Shown here in pieces: positions 8,713 to 19,110 of a DNA stretch of 64,000 nt. The position numbers were made by a program, and so were the translations under genes. This DNA comes from Eubacteriales bacterium. Lineage in GTDB: Bacteria; Bacillota; Clostridia; Lachnospirales; JAITVM01. Positions within the stretch are counted from its first letter, which is position 1. Every line of letters begins with the position of its first letter. The notes beneath the pieces are model-generated. The model ran no database searches. It saw only the letters and a list, made by a program, of their open reading frames with translations, and was not told the origin of the DNA. The stretch lies in contig JAVBOA010000012.1 in the NCBI GenBank assembly GCA_031551135.1, positions 844 to 64,843 of the forward strand, read 5' to 3'.

Positions 8713-9171
8713 TTGGCAAAACAGAAAAAGAACGACGTAGAGTGGACACAATGGTGTGAGCTTTATGAATATGTAAAAAAGGAAATACTCCAATATGATG
8801 AGAATCAAAAAATCCATCAATCTCTTGTCTTGAGGTTGAAAGGATTGGCATCCGGTAAGTTTATAGAGAACAACAATATATCAAGCAGCGCAAAATATGA
8901 TTACAACATAATTCTCCGAACATTTCAAGTCTGTAAGCCTACTATACTGACCGCGACAAAAAATAAGACTTTTGGCAGTGAAATGGCTAAATTTGTTTAC
9001 ATCTGCGCCATTGTCGAACACAACATAAATGATGTATATATGAGGCTTCAGAAAGCAGAACAATCAAAGGAAAAGATGACGGTTGCGGATACGAGTGTTT
9101 TGTACCATGAAGGTGCTGATTATATTACTAAAACAGAAAAGGGAAAGACAAATTTAGAAAACTTATGGTAA
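8713..9171 (+). CDS. Hypothetical phage replication protein (YorH-like position)
   Basis: GGAGGT RBS with TTG start; lies between the AAA ATPase and the helicase. Confidence 0.65.
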   Translation: MAKQKKNDVEWTQWCELYEYVKKEILQYDENQKIHQSLVLRLKGLASGKFIENNNISSSAKYDYNIILRTFQVCKPTILTATKNKTFGSEMAKFVYICAIVEHNINDVYMRLQKAEQSKEKMTVADTSVLYHEGADYITKTEKGKTNLENLW

Positions 9172-9175
9172 GGCT

Positions 9176-10699
9176 GTGATCAATATTTCGACTCAAAAAA
9201 ACACGACTAAAAAGCCAAAGTTGACACCATTTGAAGAAGAGATGGTGTCAACTATAAAAAAGATTAATGAATATAAACTTGCTTGCGAAGCCAACATTGT
9301 AGCGATTTTTTATTCAAAGCCCGATTTCATTCTTGAAACATCATTAAAGCTTGAGGATTTTGGACAGAACCTCTGGAAAGTCTATTTTGCTATAGCTCGT
9401 GATTTGGTTTTACTTGAAAAGAAATCGGTACTCGATGAAGTTACAGTTGGTCTATACCTCGAAAAACATGACAAACTTAAAGAAAAATACGATGAATACG
9501 GCGCCTACGAAACTATTTCCAACGCAACCGCCTACATAAAAGCAGGAAATCTCGACGGATATATTCAAGAATTAAAAAAATGGAATGCGGTAATCAAACT
9601 TGCTAAATGTGGATTTCCTGTCAACGACAAGATAAGCGAATACGCCGACATGTCTGCCGAGGAAATCTTCCAGCAGTTAGAGACGCTATTAAACCACACT
9701 TTCATCAATGTTGATAGTGAGGTTAAAAGCTACAATGCTGTTGAAGGATTACAAGATTATATAGACGAAATGAATGAAGGTTACGCCGTTGGTATGCCTC
9801 TAAGCAGTTGCAGTATTTTGAACAGGGAAATTGGCGGCTTAAATTTTAACGGACATATATATGGGCTTGGTGCCGCCTCCGGTGTGGGCAAATCCACTAT
9901 GGCCATCAATTACATTGTTCCTTCGGTTCTTAAGTATGATGAGAAAGTTGTATTCATTATTAACGAAGAGGATGTTACGAAGGTAAGACGAGAGCTGCTG
10001 ATCTGGTGTGCAAACAATGTTTTCAAAGAAGAGCTACATAAATATGTGCTTCGAGATGGAAAGTTTGATGAAACCACTCTTGCCCTTCTCCGCAAATGCG
10101 CTGATTGGTTAGAAGCAAAAAAAGAGAGCAAGCACATTACAGTTATTCCTCTTGAGAAATATTCTGCCAAACTGGTTGTGAAAATCATCAAAAAATATAA
10201 CAGTTTAGGCGGTGTCCGTTGTTTTGTTCTTGATACTCTTAAAGAAAGCTACGACGCAACCACTGATGATATTTATAAATCCATGACGAGAGATATGGTT
10301 GATCTTTACGATGTGGTCAAACCCTCCGGCAAAAATGTTTGTCTGTTTGTGACTTATCAGTTGACGAAAGCAAGCCTTAAACAAAGATATTTTACAAATC
10401 ATGAAATCGGTCAGTCAAAGTCAATTGTTGATGTTATGAGCGTCAATCTGATGATGAGACCTCCCCTCCTTGATGAGTTCAAAGATGGTAAAAATGAATT
10501 AACTTGCTACAAACTTGAGGGAAAAAATGGACGGTCAAAGATTCCATTTACTTTAGATAAAGAGAAGCATTACATGATTACTTTCGTAACGAAAAATAGA
10601 TTCGGGTCAACAAATGAGTATCAAATTATTTCTGAGTGCGACCTTTCAAGAAACACGCACAGAGATATCGGTATTTGCTATGTCAATCAAGATTGGTAA
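9176..10699 (+). CDS. DnaB-like replicative helicase
   Basis: Walker A GAASGVGKS, INEE, FVLDTLK, TYQL and KNRFG motifs. Confidence 0.88.
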   Translation: MINISTQKNTTKKPKLTPFEEEMVSTIKKINEYKLACEANIVAIFYSKPDFILETSLKLEDFGQNLWKVYFAIARDLVLLEKKSVLDEVTVGLYLEKHDKLKEKYDEYGAYETISNATAYIKAGNLDGYIQELKKWNAVIKLAKCGFPVNDKISEYADMSAEEIFQQLETLLNHTFINVDSEVKSYNAVEGLQDYIDEMNEGYAVGMPLSSCSILNREIGGLNFNGHIYGLGAASGVGKSTMAINYIVPSVLKYDEKVVFIINEEDVTKVRRELLIWCANNVFKEELHKYVLRDGKFDETTLALLRKCADWLEAKKESKHITVIPLEKYSAKLVVKIIKKYNSLGGVRCFVLDTLKESYDATTDDIYKSMTRDMVDLYDVVKPSGKNVCLFVTYQLTKASLKQRYFTNHEIGQSKSIVDVMSVNLMMRPPLLDEFKDGKNELTCYKLEGKNGRSKIPFTLDKEKHYMITFVTKNRFGSTNEYQIISECDLSRNTHRDIGICYVNQDW

Positions 10700-10739
10700 C
10701 TTTATTTTTGACTTTTGTGAGGTATGGGGTGATTTTGGT

Positions 10740-11804
10740 GTGCAAATTCATGAATTAAAAAGATACATTACCAACAATGATAAAATAGAATACATCTTAA
10801 ACGATCTGGGTTGCCATAGTGTCAAATTTCATCCGTCAAAGAATTATTATACCAGTGCCAATCCGGATGGCGACAACAAAGCCGCTGTCTGCGTTATCAA
10901 CGACCAGCACTTAAGTTGTCGTAACTATACTCGCTACATCGGAGATAATGCAGATATTTTTACCCTTATTCAGTTTTACAAAAAGATTGATTTTAAGGAA
11001 GCCTTCAGATATGCGCACAAAGTTTTAGGCTTAAAGTTTTCCGTAACTGACTCAAAGCCAGTTCAAGATAAGCCAAAACAAGATCCATTGGATATCTTTA
11101 AAAAAGTCATTAATCGCAAAACGAAAATTAATGTCTTCGAATATGACGTGTTGAGCGAAAATGCCTTTAATGACTTTGTGCCATATATTCATTCCAGTTG
11201 GTTCAAAGAAGGTGTAATAAAGAGGACGATTGACAAATTCGGCTTAGCTTACAGCTATAAGCACAAGCGAACAGTCGTGCCGTTACGCCATTGGGCAACA
11301 GGTGAACTGCTCGGATTTAACATGAGAACCAGTGTAGACAATTGTACAGAGTTTGGAATTGCAAAATATTTTACAACTCCGAATTATCCGAAGAGCATTA
11401 ACCTCTTTGGTCTATGGGAAAATTCTGATTCAATTCAGACCAAAAAGAGTGTGGTCGTTTTCGAGAGTGAAAAATCAGTATTGAAACGGCACAGTAGAAA
11501 TGACGAAACGGGGGTTGCTTTAAGCGGTCACGCTTTGCATCCTGAACAAGTGCGTATTTTGATTGGTTTAGGTGTACCCATTACAATTGCAATGGACAAA
11601 GATGTTGATTTACAAGAAGTGAGGCATATGTGTGAGAAATTCTATGGCATCAGGCCAGTTTACTATATTTTTGACCGTTGGGGTCTCTTGGGAGCGAAAG
11701 ATAGTCCAAGTGATGCTAATAATCAGGTCTACGAATTCATGTTCAAACATCGCATCGAGTATGACAAGAAGGAACATTTGGAGTACTTGAAATACAAAAA
11801 ATGA
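10740..11804 (+). CDS. DnaG-like DNA primase (TOPRIM)
   Basis: VVVFESEKSV and IAMDKD TOPRIM motifs, KSINLFGL; GTG 10740 with GGGGTG RBS is more likely than track start 10614. Confidence 0.85.
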   Translation: MQIHELKRYITNNDKIEYILNDLGCHSVKFHPSKNYYTSANPDGDNKAAVCVINDQHLSCRNYTRYIGDNADIFTLIQFYKKIDFKEAFRYAHKVLGLKFSVTDSKPVQDKPKQDPLDIFKKVINRKTKINVFEYDVLSENAFNDFVPYIHSSWFKEGVIKRTIDKFGLAYSYKHKRTVVPLRHWATGELLGFNMRTSVDNCTEFGIAKYFTTPNYPKSINLFGLWENSDSIQTKKSVVVFESEKSVLKRHSRNDETGVALSGHALHPEQVRILIGLGVPITIAMDKDVDLQEVRHMCEKFYGIRPVYYIFDRWGLLGAKDSPSDANNQVYEFMFKHRIEYDKKEHLEYLKYKK

Positions 11805-11816
11805 AAGTTGGTTCTT

Positions 11817-12971
11817 ATGGCGAGAAAAACAATCGAAGAAATAAACGCTTTGAAGAAGAAGTTCTCGGTAGATCGCTTTTGGAGCTGGTCGAGGCTAAAT
11901 AAATACCAGATTAGCTCATTTGAATATTTTCTAAAATATGTACTTCATAAGGCTGAGGACAGAGCAACGTCAATATATGCTCCTTTAGGCGGCATTGTCC
12001 ATGACATTTTGGAAAAATTTTACTCTGGTGAGCTTAAATACGCTCAAATGCTTGAGTCATTTGAGGATTATTTATTTACACTTGAGTTTTCTGATTACAA
12101 GTTCAATCACAATGATGAAGAAAAGAACCGGAAAATCGCTGATAAATACATATATGACATGAAACATTTTTTCAAAAATCATAATCCTTTGAAATTTAAG
12201 GTTGCGCTCGAAGAGTTTGTCACCGCAAAGATAGGAAATCATGTATTCATGGGGTACATTGACTTGGTTTTCAAAGATGGCGATGGCTGCTTCAATATCG
12301 TAGACTTCAAGACTAGCAGCATGTACACCGGCGATAAGGTGCGCGAGAACGCAGGACAGTTAATTCTCTACGCAATCGCTCTAACGCAAATGGGAGTTCC
12401 GCTTGAGAAAATTAAAATCTGCTGGAATTTCCTCAAATATTGCAATATTGAAATTGTCCAAGCCAATGGGAAGAAAACCACACGAAAAGCTAAAAGATCG
12501 GAGATTGGAAGCAGTCTAAAATCAAACTGTTTGATGTGGTTAAAAAAGTTAGGTTACGGTGATGAGGCACAAAACTATATCGATCTCCTTTTGGAAACCA
12601 ATGATATCAGTTGCTTACCGTCAGAGATATATTATAAATATCGAATTGATGATTGCTATGTATTTGTGCCTCTCGACAACAAAACTATTCAAGATATTTG
12701 CATTGAAATAATTGACACGATTGCCGACATCGAGAAAAAAGAACGTGAATATAAGAATACGCACGATGAAAAAGTTTTCTTTGATTCTGAAGAGAGTGTC
12801 GGGAAAGAGAGCTTCTACTTTGCTACATTGTGCGGATATAGTGCAAAGCTCCATAAACCCTATGGGCTATACTTAGACAAAATGAATGCAAAAAAGAATG
12901 GCGGCATCTATGGCGACACATTTGAGGAATCAGTTGAAGATGATTCGCTGGCTTGGCTTAATGATATTTAG
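11817..12971 (+). CDS. PD-(D/E)XK nuclease (RecB/AddB-like phage exonuclease)
   Basis: SWSRL, GGIVHDILE, GYIDLV...IVDFKT and QLILYA motifs. Confidence 0.85.
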   Translation: MARKTIEEINALKKKFSVDRFWSWSRLNKYQISSFEYFLKYVLHKAEDRATSIYAPLGGIVHDILEKFYSGELKYAQMLESFEDYLFTLEFSDYKFNHNDEEKNRKIADKYIYDMKHFFKNHNPLKFKVALEEFVTAKIGNHVFMGYIDLVFKDGDGCFNIVDFKTSSMYTGDKVRENAGQLILYAIALTQMGVPLEKIKICWNFLKYCNIEIVQANGKKTTRKAKRSEIGSSLKSNCLMWLKKLGYGDEAQNYIDLLLETNDISCLPSEIYYKYRIDDCYVFVPLDNKTIQDICIEIIDTIADIEKKEREYKNTHDEKVFFDSEESVGKESFYFATLCGYSAKLHKPYGLYLDKMNAKKNGGIYGDTFEESVEDDSLAWLNDI

Positions 12972-12996
12972 GATTTATAAAGGATGGTGATTTTTT

Positions 12997-15900
12997 ATGG
13001 TTGACCTGCATGTTCACACAAAATACAGTTTACTCGACTCGACAATCGAACCGGAAGAACTTGTAAAAAAAATGAAGGCGCAAGGGAAAACAACCTTGTG
13101 CGTTACAGAGCATGGTAATTTGTATTCTAGTATCGAATTATATAAGCTCTGTTTAAAAAACGGAATCAAATATCTTCATGCCTGTGAAATGTATATCTGT
13201 GATGACGTGCAGATAAACGACAAAGACAATAAATACAATCATTTGATACTCATAAGCAAAAACGAAGCCGGTCGTCGCAATTTAGTAAAGCTCGTATCGC
13301 AATCAAATAATCACAAATACTTTGGAAAACCACGTATTGATTTTAACATGCTTTCGGCTCACAAAGAAGGGTTAATTGTTTTAAGTGCATGTATGGCTGG
13401 AGAGATACAAAGAGCCTTAATGAATAATGATATTACTCTAGCAAAAAATACGGCTCTCAAATACAAAGATTTATTTGGAGACGATTATTATTTAGAATAT
13501 CAAAGCCATTCAGATAAGGTGCAGCAACGACTAAACAGACAGATTATTGATTTGGCGAATGAGGTGAAGATAAAGTATGTCGTCACCACTGATGCCCATT
13601 ACATTGAAAGAGATGTGCAAAAATACCATAATATCTTTGTTCAGATAGGTCAGTCGAGAGAAGTTGGAGAAACTTACAACGACTGCTTTCTCCAAACAGA
13701 AGAAGAGATTTTAGAAATTTGCAAAAGTACCACCAGAGATGAAAATATGGCTGCCATCAGGACTACTGAGGAAATAGCAAATAAATGCAATGTTACAATT
13801 CCTCTGTCTGATCCAATTATGCAGCACTTTGAAACTCCTTCCGGATTCAAAAGCGAAATTGACTATCTTAAACACTTGTGTATTAAAGGGTGGTCAAATA
13901 GAAAGATTGACAAGCTTTCTAATGAGCAAAAGGTTCTTCGAAAGAAACGACTTGCTTATGAGGTTCATGCAATTGAGGAAATGGGTTTTGAAGGCTATTA
14001 CCTAAATGTGTGGGATTACGCAAACTCAGTAACTCGAAGGGGTATAGCCCGTGGCTCTGGAGGAGGAAGCCTTGTAGCATACTTGCTCAATATTGTTGAT
14101 ACCGATCCGGTTAAATATGGTCTTTACTTCGAAAGATTTATTGATGTTGGTGCTCTCCAGCTTCTCAAAGACGGCAAGATTACAAAAGCACAGTTGAAAA
14201 CGCCGGATTTCGACTTGGATTTTGGAAGAGAAGACAGGGAAAAAGTTTTGCAATCAGTCATTGACAAACATGGCATAGAGAAAATCGCCAGCCTCGGATC
14301 ATTCCAGTACATTTGGGCAAAGGGAGCGATCAAGGATATCGGAAAAGTCCTTGGTATTCCCTTTTCTGTCACAAACGAGATGACTTCGAAGCTGGATGGC
14401 GAGACAATTCAAGAAGTATTGGACTTAGGTTTATTGAAACAATTTGAAAAAGAATATCCGGAGCTTTTTGAGTATGCTTCGAAACTTGCTGGATTACCTA
14501 AAGCGTTTTCAGTACATCCTTGTGGAAAAGTTATTTGTGAGCAGTCTGTGGACTACTACAATTCTACTGAGATAAGTGACTCTGGCGATATTGTTCTCCA
14601 AGGCGACATGCATACAGCCGAGGACTTGGGATTAATCAAAGCCGACTTCCTCGGATTGAGAACTGTTGATATTATTTATGATGTTTTGGATATGATCGGT
14701 AAGAACTATGATTATATTGCTCCCCACAATATCAATTTTGAAGATGCTACAGTCTGGGACAGCTTCAGGAATGGTCATACAGCAGGGATTTTTCAATTTG
14801 AATCCGAGGGTATGAAATCCACTCTAAGAAATATCGAGTGTTCCTCGCTGTATGACTTAACCGTAGCGAACGCACTCTACAGACCGGGGTCGATGGCGTT
14901 CATTGACAATTATGCCAAGCGTAGAAAAGGCATTGAAAAATATGAATTCCTGCATAATGACCTCAAGCCTATTCTCGAAGACAGTTACGCAATTATAGTC
15001 TTCCAAGAACAGCTCATCGAAATTGGCAGACTAGCCGGATTAAGCAATCCCGATGAACTGCGTCAGGCAACAGCAAAAAAGAAACCTCAGTTAATGGCAA
15101 AAATTGAACCTGAGCTTAAAGATGGTTTGATGCAAAGAGGTTGGAATCAGGAGCAGGTTGATATTCTTTGGGATACTATATTAGATTTTGCACGATACTC
15201 CTTCAACAAATCCCATGCGCTGGCGTATGCAATGATAGCATATATCTGCATGTTTCTAAAAACTTATCATCCAAAGGAATTTATCTGTGCGTGGATCAAC
15301 AGCTACGGAGGTAAAACACAGAAGCTTCCGGTTTGCTATGCTGAGTCAAGAAGGCTTGGTGTTCCATTGTATGATGCTCAGTTTGGCGAAAGTAAGTCTA
15401 TAGCTCAGGTTTACAAAGATGGCGTAATGATTGGAACCCAGACAATTAAGTTTTGCAATGCTCAAATTGCTGAAGAGTTGATGGTGTTATCAAAAAATAA
15501 ATATAGATCATTTATTGAATTGATAGGCGATATCAAAACCAAAACATCAATTGAAAGTCGGCAGTTAAGAATTTTGACTGGACTCAATTTCTTCAGCAAG
15601 TTTGGTAAATCGCAATACTTGTTAGATTCCATTGAAATTTATGATAAGTTCCACAACGCTAAAAAAGAAGAGATTAAGCAAATCAAAATTAACGAGCTTG
15701 AAAAATACGGTCTGACGGAATATCTTATGGAAAAGTTTGCTGGGAAAAGAACGGCTGCTCTTTATAAGGAACTTGATGTTAAAGGACTGATATCAGAACT
15801 TTGCTCAAAGCTTGAAAACAAGGTTATGAGTATCGTCGAGCAAGTGAAGTTTGAAATAGAATTCCTTGAATATACCACTTATATTAACCCGAATGTAAAT

Positions 15901-16164
15901 CATGAGTATTTCATTGTCATAGGCTTTAAATGCTATAAAGATGTCACAAAACCTTACCTTATTTTGAGAAATATCAGCTCTGGCGAAGAGGTCAAAACAA
16001 GGGTTAAACAGGGAAAGAGTTTCAAACAAAATCCTTTTGGGTGCTTTAGTATTTTGAGGATAAGGGAATTTAGTGAACAGTTCAAAAAGAGAAATGTTGG
16101 AGGCGACTGGGTTGAGACTGATGAGAGGGAGCCTATATTAGACGAGTGGGAAGTGATTAAATAA
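12997..16164 (+). CDS. dnaE: Phage DNA polymerase III alpha subunit (DnaE type)
   Basis: PHP domain DLHVHTKYSLLD, RGSGGGSLVAYLL, catalytic PDFDLDF, YSFNKSHA; no intein evident. Confidence 0.95.
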   Translation: MVDLHVHTKYSLLDSTIEPEELVKKMKAQGKTTLCVTEHGNLYSSIELYKLCLKNGIKYLHACEMYICDDVQINDKDNKYNHLILISKNEAGRRNLVKLVSQSNNHKYFGKPRIDFNMLSAHKEGLIVLSACMAGEIQRALMNNDITLAKNTALKYKDLFGDDYYLEYQSHSDKVQQRLNRQIIDLANEVKIKYVVTTDAHYIERDVQKYHNIFVQIGQSREVGETYNDCFLQTEEEILEICKSTTRDENMAAIRTTEEIANKCNVTIPLSDPIMQHFETPSGFKSEIDYLKHLCIKGWSNRKIDKLSNEQKVLRKKRLAYEVHAIEEMGFEGYYLNVWDYANSVTRRGIARGSGGGSLVAYLLNIVDTDPVKYGLYFERFIDVGALQLLKDGKITKAQLKTPDFDLDFGREDREKVLQSVIDKHGIEKIASLGSFQYIWAKGAIKDIGKVLGIPFSVTNEMTSKLDGETIQEVLDLGLLKQFEKEYPELFEYASKLAGLPKAFSVHPCGKVICEQSVDYYNSTEISDSGDIVLQGDMHTAEDLGLIKADFLGLRTVDIIYDVLDMIGKNYDYIAPHNINFEDATVWDSFRNGHTAGIFQFESEGMKSTLRNIECSSLYDLTVANALYRPGSMAFIDNYAKRRKGIEKYEFLHNDLKPILEDSYAIIVFQEQLIEIGRLAGLSNPDELRQATAKKKPQLMAKIEPELKDGLMQRGWNQEQVDILWDTILDFARYSFNKSHALAYAMIAYICMFLKTYHPKEFICAWINSYGGKTQKLPVCYAESRRLGVPLYDAQFGESKSIAQVYKDGVMIGTQTIKFCNAQIAEELMVLSKNKYRSFIELIGDIKTKTSIESRQLRILTGLNFFSKFGKSQYLLDSIEIYDKFHNAKKEEIKQIKINELEKYGLTEYLMEKFAGKRTAALYKELDVKGLISELCSKLENKVMSIVEQVKFEIEFLEYTTYINPNVNHEYFIVIGFKCYKDVTKPYLILRNISSGEEVKTRVKQGKSFKQNPFGCFSILRIREFSEQFKKRNVGGDWVETDEREPILDEWEVIK

Positions 16165-18476
16165 TGGTTGAATCCATAGAACAGGTATTCAAATGTACTG
16201 TAGCCAGAAAGATTTATTCCGCAGAAGGCTTTAGAGTGTACGCAGTTGAGGTTGACAGAGACAAATATCCTAAAATAAAACAAACAAAATACGGTACAGT
16301 CTCCATTTGTGGAGACATTCATGAACTTGGCATAGGGGTAAAATACGAGGCTTATGCGACAGAAGAAAACGGAAAGAATGGCTACAGCTATCGAATAAGA
16401 AATATCAAGCGCGAAAAACCGACTACATCAAACGATATGGAACTTTTTCTTTTAGAAATCCTAACTCATCGTCAAGCTCAAAGTTTGTATGCGGCTTATC
16501 CTGATATTGTTGTTCGTGTCATTGAGGATCGGATTGACGACATAGATCTCAGTAAAACATATGGAATCAAAGAATACACTTTCAACAGAATAAAGGAGAA
16601 AATCGTAGAAAATTATTGTCTGGTGGAACTGGTTGATGAGTTTAAAGGTCTTCTAAGCTTGTCAATGCTCAAAAAAATATACCTCAAGTATGCTTCAATA
16701 CAGATGGTTCGAAAGAAAATGAAGGCTGATCCTTATAAATGCCTCTGTGACATCAGTGGAATTGGATTCAAAACAGCAGACAGTCTTTTGCTTGAAGTTG
16801 ATAGGGTATCAAAAGAAAATATCATGACAGGCAAGCCTCCAATTATTGAATTTGAATACTGTCTGATGGATAGTCACCAAAGGTGTCTGGCATGTGTAAT
16901 GTATCTATTGCAGGAAAATGAGAGTAACGGTCACACAAAGATGAATATCATCGAGCTTAAAGATCAATGTGAAAAACTTGTCCCAGCTTGCGCAAAACAT
17001 TTCCCCTCCGTAGTAAAGGATGAAAATATCTTCTATGATAAGATAACCAAGGATGCTTCATTAAGGTCAACTTATGAGATCGAGCTATCCATAGCACAGA
17101 GTATTCTGGAGGCTCTCAAGATAAAAAAGGAATGGGATTGCAATATTGAAGCCTACAGAACATGCGATAATGGCGTTCAGTTAGTCGATCAGCAGGTAAA
17201 TGCTATAGAGAACCTGCGAAAGTATAATGTGAGTATCTTAAATGGTTCTGCCGGAACAGGTAAAAGCCAGACTACATCAGCAATGATAAAGATGCTTGAT
17301 GATTTAGGGAAATCTTATAAGCTGTTATCTCCTACAGGAAGGGCAGCAAAAATCCTGAAGAATTATACTAACCGGCCTACATCCACCGTTCATCGTGGAC
17401 TCGGATTTTATCCTCCCAATGATTGGTGTTACAACAAAGAAAATAAGCTCGACGTTGATGTGATTATCATAGACGAGGCTTCAATGTGTGATATCTTTAT
17501 GTTTAGACGTGTAATAGATGCTATTGATTTTAGTCAAACAAAACTTGTTTTAGTTGGAGATAATGCACAGCTCCCTTCAGTGTCGTGCGGCAATTTACTT
17601 CATGATTTCATAGAAAGCCACATTATCCCTGTTTCAACACTTTCTATAGTTTTCCGTTATGGCGAAGGTGGATTAATGAAAGTGGCTACTGATGTAAGGC
17701 AAATGAAAAAGTTTTTGGATGGCAATGTTGGTAGCCATATTGCTTTAGGAGACAACAAGGATTACATGTTCATACAGAGCAGTTCTGAAAAAACTGTTAA
17801 AAATGTTCTATCTCTCTACAAGAAACTGATGTCGCAGGGATATTGCACTGATGATATGGTAATCCTTTCAGCTCAAAACAAAGGGGAGCTGGGAACTGTA
17901 GTAATCAATAATCATGTGCAAAAGATTGCTAATCCTAACGCACTACAAACAACTTCCGAAAAGATAAGAATAGGCGAAACCACATATTATGTTGGTGACA
18001 TCGTAATTCAAACCAAGAATAATTATAAGGCTAAACTGGACGCAATCACAGAGGTAAGCAATGAGTGGGAGACAGGCAATCAGGAAGAGCCTCAAACATT
18101 TATTGCGAATGGAGAAACCGGCAAAATTCTACAAATAGATAGTCAAAACGTAATAATTGACTTTGATGGCAACAGGGTTAAATATTCTCGTGATGAAATG
18201 TCAGAGGTAAATCTTGGGTATTGTATATCATGTCATAAGTCTCAGGGCGGTAGCTTCAAGATTGTTATCTTTATCTCGCCTTCTTCACACACCTTCATGC
18301 TTAACTCAAACTTAATGTATGTAGGGCTTACCCGTACTACCCAGAGATGCTTTCATGTTGGCGATATAGGGACAATCAATAAGGCAGTAAAAAAGAAAGA
18401 AAACCTTAAAAGAAATACCTTTATGCAGGGCTTTCTTTGCGGAAAAATAGCATCATGGACACAATATCAATATTAA
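16164..18476 (+). CDS. RecD2-like SF1B helicase
   Basis: GSAGTGKS, SPTGRAA, IIDEASM, GDNAQLPSV, NGETG, HKSQG and YVGLTR motifs. Confidence 0.92.
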   Translation: MVESIEQVFKCTVARKIYSAEGFRVYAVEVDRDKYPKIKQTKYGTVSICGDIHELGIGVKYEAYATEENGKNGYSYRIRNIKREKPTTSNDMELFLLEILTHRQAQSLYAAYPDIVVRVIEDRIDDIDLSKTYGIKEYTFNRIKEKIVENYCLVELVDEFKGLLSLSMLKKIYLKYASIQMVRKKMKADPYKCLCDISGIGFKTADSLLLEVDRVSKENIMTGKPPIIEFEYCLMDSHQRCLACVMYLLQENESNGHTKMNIIELKDQCEKLVPACAKHFPSVVKDENIFYDKITKDASLRSTYEIELSIAQSILEALKIKKEWDCNIEAYRTCDNGVQLVDQQVNAIENLRKYNVSILNGSAGTGKSQTTSAMIKMLDDLGKSYKLLSPTGRAAKILKNYTNRPTSTVHRGLGFYPPNDWCYNKENKLDVDVIIIDEASMCDIFMFRRVIDAIDFSQTKLVLVGDNAQLPSVSCGNLLHDFIESHIIPVSTLSIVFRYGEGGLMKVATDVRQMKKFLDGNVGSHIALGDNKDYMFIQSSSEKTVKNVLSLYKKLMSQGYCTDDMVILSAQNKGELGTVVINNHVQKIANPNALQTTSEKIRIGETTYYVGDIVIQTKNNYKAKLDAITEVSNEWETGNQEEPQTFIANGETGKILQIDSQNVIIDFDGNRVKYSRDEMSEVNLGYCISCHKSQGGSFKIVIFISPSSHTFMLNSNLMYVGLTRTTQRCFHVGDIGTINKAVKKKENLKRNTFMQGFLCGKIASWTQYQY

Positions 18477-18479
18477 TCA

Positions 18480-18508
18480 TTGACATTGTGCTTGAAATGT
18501 GGTATTCT
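18480..18508 (+). promoter_or_regulatory. SigA-type extended -10 promoter before rnh
   Basis: TTGACA-17bp-TGgTATTCT; motif copy GACACAATATCAATA at 18458-18472. Confidence 0.75.
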
Positions 18509-18564
18509 ATTTATTGTCACATTAAAGAATTCTTCTTGTTAGAGTTTATTTAGGAAGGTGAGAT

Positions 18565-19032
18565 ATGGAAAGAGTAAACTGGGTTTATGCAGATGGAGGT
18601 TGTCGAAATAACCAGTCAAGAGAGAACGTTGGGGGTTGGGGCGTACTGCTAATAAATGGAGATAGTCGCACTGAACTAAAAGGTGCTGCCAGAAACACCA
18701 CAAACAACAAAATGGAACTAACGTCTTGTATAAATGCCCTAAGAGCCATAAAGGACAAATCCATAAAAACCATCGTTGTGATGGATAGCCAATATGTAAT
18801 AAAAGGCATTAATGAGTGGATGGCAGGTTGGATAAAGAAAGGTTGGAAAAGCTCCCAGAAAAAGCCGGTGGAAAACAAAGAACTATGGCAAGAGATTTTA
18901 GAACTGAAAGGTCAGTTCGAAGACATAACTTTTCAACACTGCTATGGTCATGGAGATAATGAAGGCAATAATCGAGCTGATGCGTTAGCAAATGAAGCTA
19001 TGGACGGTAATTTGCCTGAAGAACAGCTATAA
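18565..19032 (+). CDS. rnhA: Ribonuclease HI
   Basis: YADGGC, TTNNKMEL, DSQYV, W.K.GWK, N.ELW and GH...EGN.RAD.LA motifs. Confidence 0.95.
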   Translation: MERVNWVYADGGCRNNQSRENVGGWGVLLINGDSRTELKGAARNTTNNKMELTSCINALRAIKDKSIKTIVVMDSQYVIKGINEWMAGWIKKGWKSSQKKPVENKELWQEILELKGQFEDITFQHCYGHGDNEGNNRADALANEAMDGNLPEEQL

Positions 19033-19051
19033 AATATTATGTAAAGTTACA

Positions 19052-19074
19052 AAACCCTTGATTTATAAGGGTTT
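19052..19074. repeat. Intergenic inverted repeat
   Basis: AAACCCTT-gatttat-AAGGGTTT. Confidence 0.6.
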
Positions 19075-19110
19075 GCCGACATTGAAAACCATATAAAACA
19101 GATATTTGGT

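Noticed and set aside
11817-12971. Cas4 or CRISPR adaptation module
   Set aside because: No cas1/cas2 or repeat-spacer array; the gene sits in the replication operon and lacks a clear four-Cys Cas4 pattern
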